NCBI GenBank assembly: GCA_002269645.1
Contig: NIVC01000392.1
Span: 434,001-498,000, forward strand
Direction of reading: 5' to 3'
DNA length: 64,000 nt
Origin: Macrostomum lignano
Lineage: Eukaryota
This document shows, piece by piece, positions 61,310 to 64,000 of this stretch. The notes below the pieces were generated by a model. The model ran no database searches. It was not told the origin of the DNA and saw nothing but the letters and a program-made list of their open reading frames with translations. Positions within the stretch are counted from its first letter, which is position 1, and each line of letters begins with the position of its first letter. The position numbers and the translations under genes were made by a program.

Positions 61310-62742
61310 AATTTACAGTCGAATACCAGCCTGGCCCACTAAACCCAGCGGACGTGCTGAGCCGGCAGCCGCTGCCAACACGAGGAAGAAATGTCGGCGA
61401 AGAGCTCGACACCCTCTGCATCGCTGCAATCGTCCAGGCAGCCATACCGAACGCGCTGTCGCTGTCCTCAGTGCAAGAGAGTTCGCTGCAAGATGCAACA
61501 ATTCAAGCCGCTATTCGATCGCTGGAGACAGGACGATGGAGCCTCGAGTCGGCGGAGACGCGATCGCTCCACGCCCTACGGAATGAGCTATCGGCAGCAG
61601 ACGGCGTGCTCCTGCGGGGCCAGAGAATCGTAGTTCCAATGGCGCTTCGGCGCCTGGTTTTGGACCTGGCACACCGCGGTCATCAGTGCCTGCGCAAGAC
61701 GGTTGACCGTTTGAGCACCAAAGTCTGGTGGCCGAGGATGCAGACAGAAGCAGAGCTCTTCGTGCGTGCCTGCCGAGCCTGTGCAGCTACGTCGCACGCG
61801 GCCGACGTGACCGCCGCGCCGCTGAAGCCGACGCCGATCCCGAAAGCTGCATGGCTAACACTAGGGGCAGACCTGCTAGGCCCCATTCAAGGCAGTATGC
61901 TGCTCGTCTGCGTTGACCACTACTCGCGCTTCCCTGAAGTCGAGATCGTCCAGACCACAACGGCCGAAGCGCTGATTCCCAAGCTGAGGAATTCGTTCGC
62001 CAGATTCGGCATCCCACAGGTACTGGTCACCGATAACGGCCCGCCATTCTCCTCGGCCCAGTTCAAAGGCTTTCTGGACAGCTACGGAATCCGGCAGCGT
62101 CTCATCACACCGCTGCATCCGCAGGCCAACGGCATCACTGAGCGCCTGAACCGCTCCATCAATAAGGTTGTACGAGCTGCCATTGCCCAGAAGCGCGACT
62201 GGAGGGCGGCCCTTGACGAGTGGCTGCTGGCCTACCGTTGCACGCCGCAGCGAACCACCAACCGGGCACCAGCCGAGCTGCTCTTGGGTCGCGTCCCAAA
62301 CGACGCCATCCCGTCAATCAGGCCGTCGAGACCGGTGGCCATCGCAGAAAGGAGGCTCCGACAGCAGGACGCCAGCAGCAAGGCAAAGGGCAAGCGCTAC
62401 ACGGACAAGCGACGGCAGGCGAGACCGCATGGGCTCAAAGTCGGCGACACGGTGCTCCGGCGCCGACTAAATCCGCTCAAGGGCGAGACTCCGTTCGAGT
62501 GGACACCCTGGCTGGTCGAGAGTGTCAAGGGCGACTCGATGACCATTCGGCAGGGCGCCAGAGTTTGCAGGCGGCATTGCACTGACCTGAAGCGGGTAGC
62601 GCCAGATGCAGAGCCCGATTTTCCTGTCGGGGAGACCGCACCGCCGATCCTGCAAGCTGCGGGGAGCGAACCCGCGACCCCTCCAATTGCGCTACGACCA
62701 CACCCCCGAGAGGCCAAGGTGAAAGTGAACTATAGGGTTTAA
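61285..62742 (+). CDS. Gypsy integrase (pol continuation after a 1-nt frameshift)
   Basis: HRGH..WW..CRAC zinc finger; catalytic ADL, TDNG and NGITERLN; YRCTP; C-terminal GDTVL..W.PW.V. Confidence 0.9.
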   Translation: MALRIQHMKFTVEYQPGPLNPADVLSRQPLPTRGRNVGEELDTLCIAAIVQAAIPNALSLSSVQESSLQDATIQAAIRSLETGRWSLESAETRSLHALRNELSAADGVLLRGQRIVVPMALRRLVLDLAHRGHQCLRKTVDRLSTKVWWPRMQTEAELFVRACRACAATSHAADVTAAPLKPTPIPKAAWLTLGADLLGPIQGSMLLVCVDHYSRFPEVEIVQTTTAEALIPKLRNSFARFGIPQVLVTDNGPPFSSAQFKGFLDSYGIRQRLITPLHPQANGITERLNRSINKVVRAAIAQKRDWRAALDEWLLAYRCTPQRTTNRAPAELLLGRVPNDAIPSIRPSRPVAIAERRLRQQDASSKAKGKRYTDKRRQARPHGLKVGDTVLRRRLNPLKGETPFEWTPWLVESVKGDSMTIRQGARVCRRHCTDLKRVAPDAEPDFPVGETAPPILQAAGSEPATPPIALRPHPREAKVKVNYRV

Positions 62743-63441
62743 CTATAACTCGCGCTTGGCAGACTGACGCTAATATCTTGTTTGATTTTGCTTTTGCGTC
62801 TTGAGATTGCGGATAGAAAATTGTTCATTCTCCAGCTAAGGCATTACATGTACAATCAGTAACATTTTCTCTATTAATGTTTCTTCTTTGCAAGATTTTA
62901 CTCGCATTTGTGGTAATTTTCATTTTTTAAAAACCTTTTGCAGTAAAACTTTTAATCCAAAATGAGGAGAGATGTAGTGTACGCTCTGCGCGGTAATAAT
63001 GTACTTGGCTTGGTCGATGAACTAACTCGTAGCAATACTCTTATTACGCAATGCTCTCGGGCCTATAAATATATTGAATTGAGCAGTCGGCTCATTTAAG
63101 TGCATCGTTTCTCTCGCCAAACTAAATAGCTAGTCTGAGTCATTACAATGTTTAAATAGTGTTCAAGCCACGAATTAGTAATGTTCATTGTCGACATCAT
63201 GCTCAAGTCATGTGACAATCATGTTTATACAATGTTTAAATAATTTTCAAGCCACGACTTAGTATGTTCATTGTCAACATCATGTTTAAGTCATGTGACA
63301 TTGATGTTTAAATAATGTTCAAGTCACGAATTAGTAATGTACAGATAATGTTAAAGCCATGCTTGCGTATAAGGTAAAAAATGTTCTAGTATGCGCTATT
63401 GCAAACAGTGCAAAGCCAATTAGCTTCTCAAATGCATTCAG

Positions 63442-64000
63442 CAGGACTGTCAGGCGCTGCGCTCCGAGCTAGCGAAACTGCGCTGTCGCCAAGAAGAGTG
63501 GCAGCAGACCATTGACGACTACGCTAAGCTGAAGAGCCAGTACAGCCTGTTAATCAACACTAGGGAGAGGCTGGAAGAGGAGCGGGACGAACTGCTCCGG
63601 CAGATTCAGCAACAGAAACAGGACAAAAATAAACAGACTGAGTCAGTAGTACGCTACAAGAAAAAGCCGAAGCTCAGCGAATGCGGCATATCTCTGGAAA
63701 CGACTGTCTTCAATGACTCCATTCGAGTAAGCCAGAGTGTGGACAACATGGGCTTCTGTGAGATGTTGGAGACATCGGACACGACAATGCGCTACAAGGA
63801 AGAGCCAGAATTGAGAGACTGCGCATCGTTCCTCGAAACATCCGTCATGATGGGATCTGTTCGAGTGAAACAAGAAATAGACGACATGGGCATCTGTGAG
63901 ATGCTGCTCACATCAGACGGGTCTGTACGCTACAAGGAGGAGCCGAAACTCGACGAGTGCTTCACATTCTCTGAGACCACACTCCTGGACGGCGCTATCC
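63442..64000 (+). CDS. Exon (open to the window end) encoding a coiled coil followed by at least 2.5 copies of a 46-aa repeat
   Basis: Tandem acceptor TTCAG/CAG at 63441/63444, phase 0; stop-free frame QDCQALRSELAKLRCRQEEW..; CGCTACAAG (RYK) recurs at 63652, 63790 and 63928 (138-nt period). Confidence 0.75.

Larger units (their letters stand above)
58471..63147 (+). mobile_element. Full-length young Ty3/Gypsy LTR retrotransposon (Mag-like), 4677 bp
   Basis: Identical 175-bp LTRs (58471-58645, 62973-63147; TGT...ACA); TSD ATGTT (58466-70, 63148-52); PBS-like TGGCG at 58646; PPT GAGGAGAGA at 62964-72; gag-PR-RT-RNaseH-IN domain order. Confidence 0.97.
58317..63350. repeat. About 75-bp intronic minisatellite split by the Gypsy insertion (58317-58470 and 63148-63350)
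   Basis: Units TCAAGCCACGAATTAGTAATG..CATTGTCGACATCATGCTCAAGTCATGTGACAA occur on both sides of the LTR element. Confidence 0.8.

Overview
Eukaryotic (animal) genomic DNA. GC-rich exons, GT-AG introns, TTAGGG repeats and many 20-23 bp minisatellites are consistent with a flatworm such as Macrostomum (inference, not verified). Contents: (1) A dispersed family of intronless secreted C-type-lectin + PAN/apple genes: three intact copies (880-1569 +, 8794-9498 +, 40751-41446 -), one full-length pseudogene (44882-45592 -) and three fragments. Their near-identical GC-rich frameworks enclose an AT-richer hypervariable ligand loop that is shuffled among copies; this is the most interesting signal here. 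(2) A 7-exon PP4R3/SMEK gene on the minus strand (20781-30237, about 927 aa as reconstructed), in which every intron carries its own unrelated minisatellite. Three more ~2.1 kb arrays follow it downstream. (3) Many mobile elements: tRNA-derived SINEs, a non-autonomous Ginger1-type element with CCGG TSD, a mariner foldback remnant, a Crypton-like tyrosine recombinase remnant, Helitron ends and helicase, and a very young Gypsy element with identical 175-bp LTRs and a 5-bp TSD. (4) An orphan coiled-coil ORF bracketed by two outward-facing Helitron 3' ends. (5) A gene with a 46-aa repeat running off the right edge, with the Gypsy element in its intron. No rRNA, true tRNA or CRISPR array is supported. 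All alignments were done by eye, and array boundaries are approximate.
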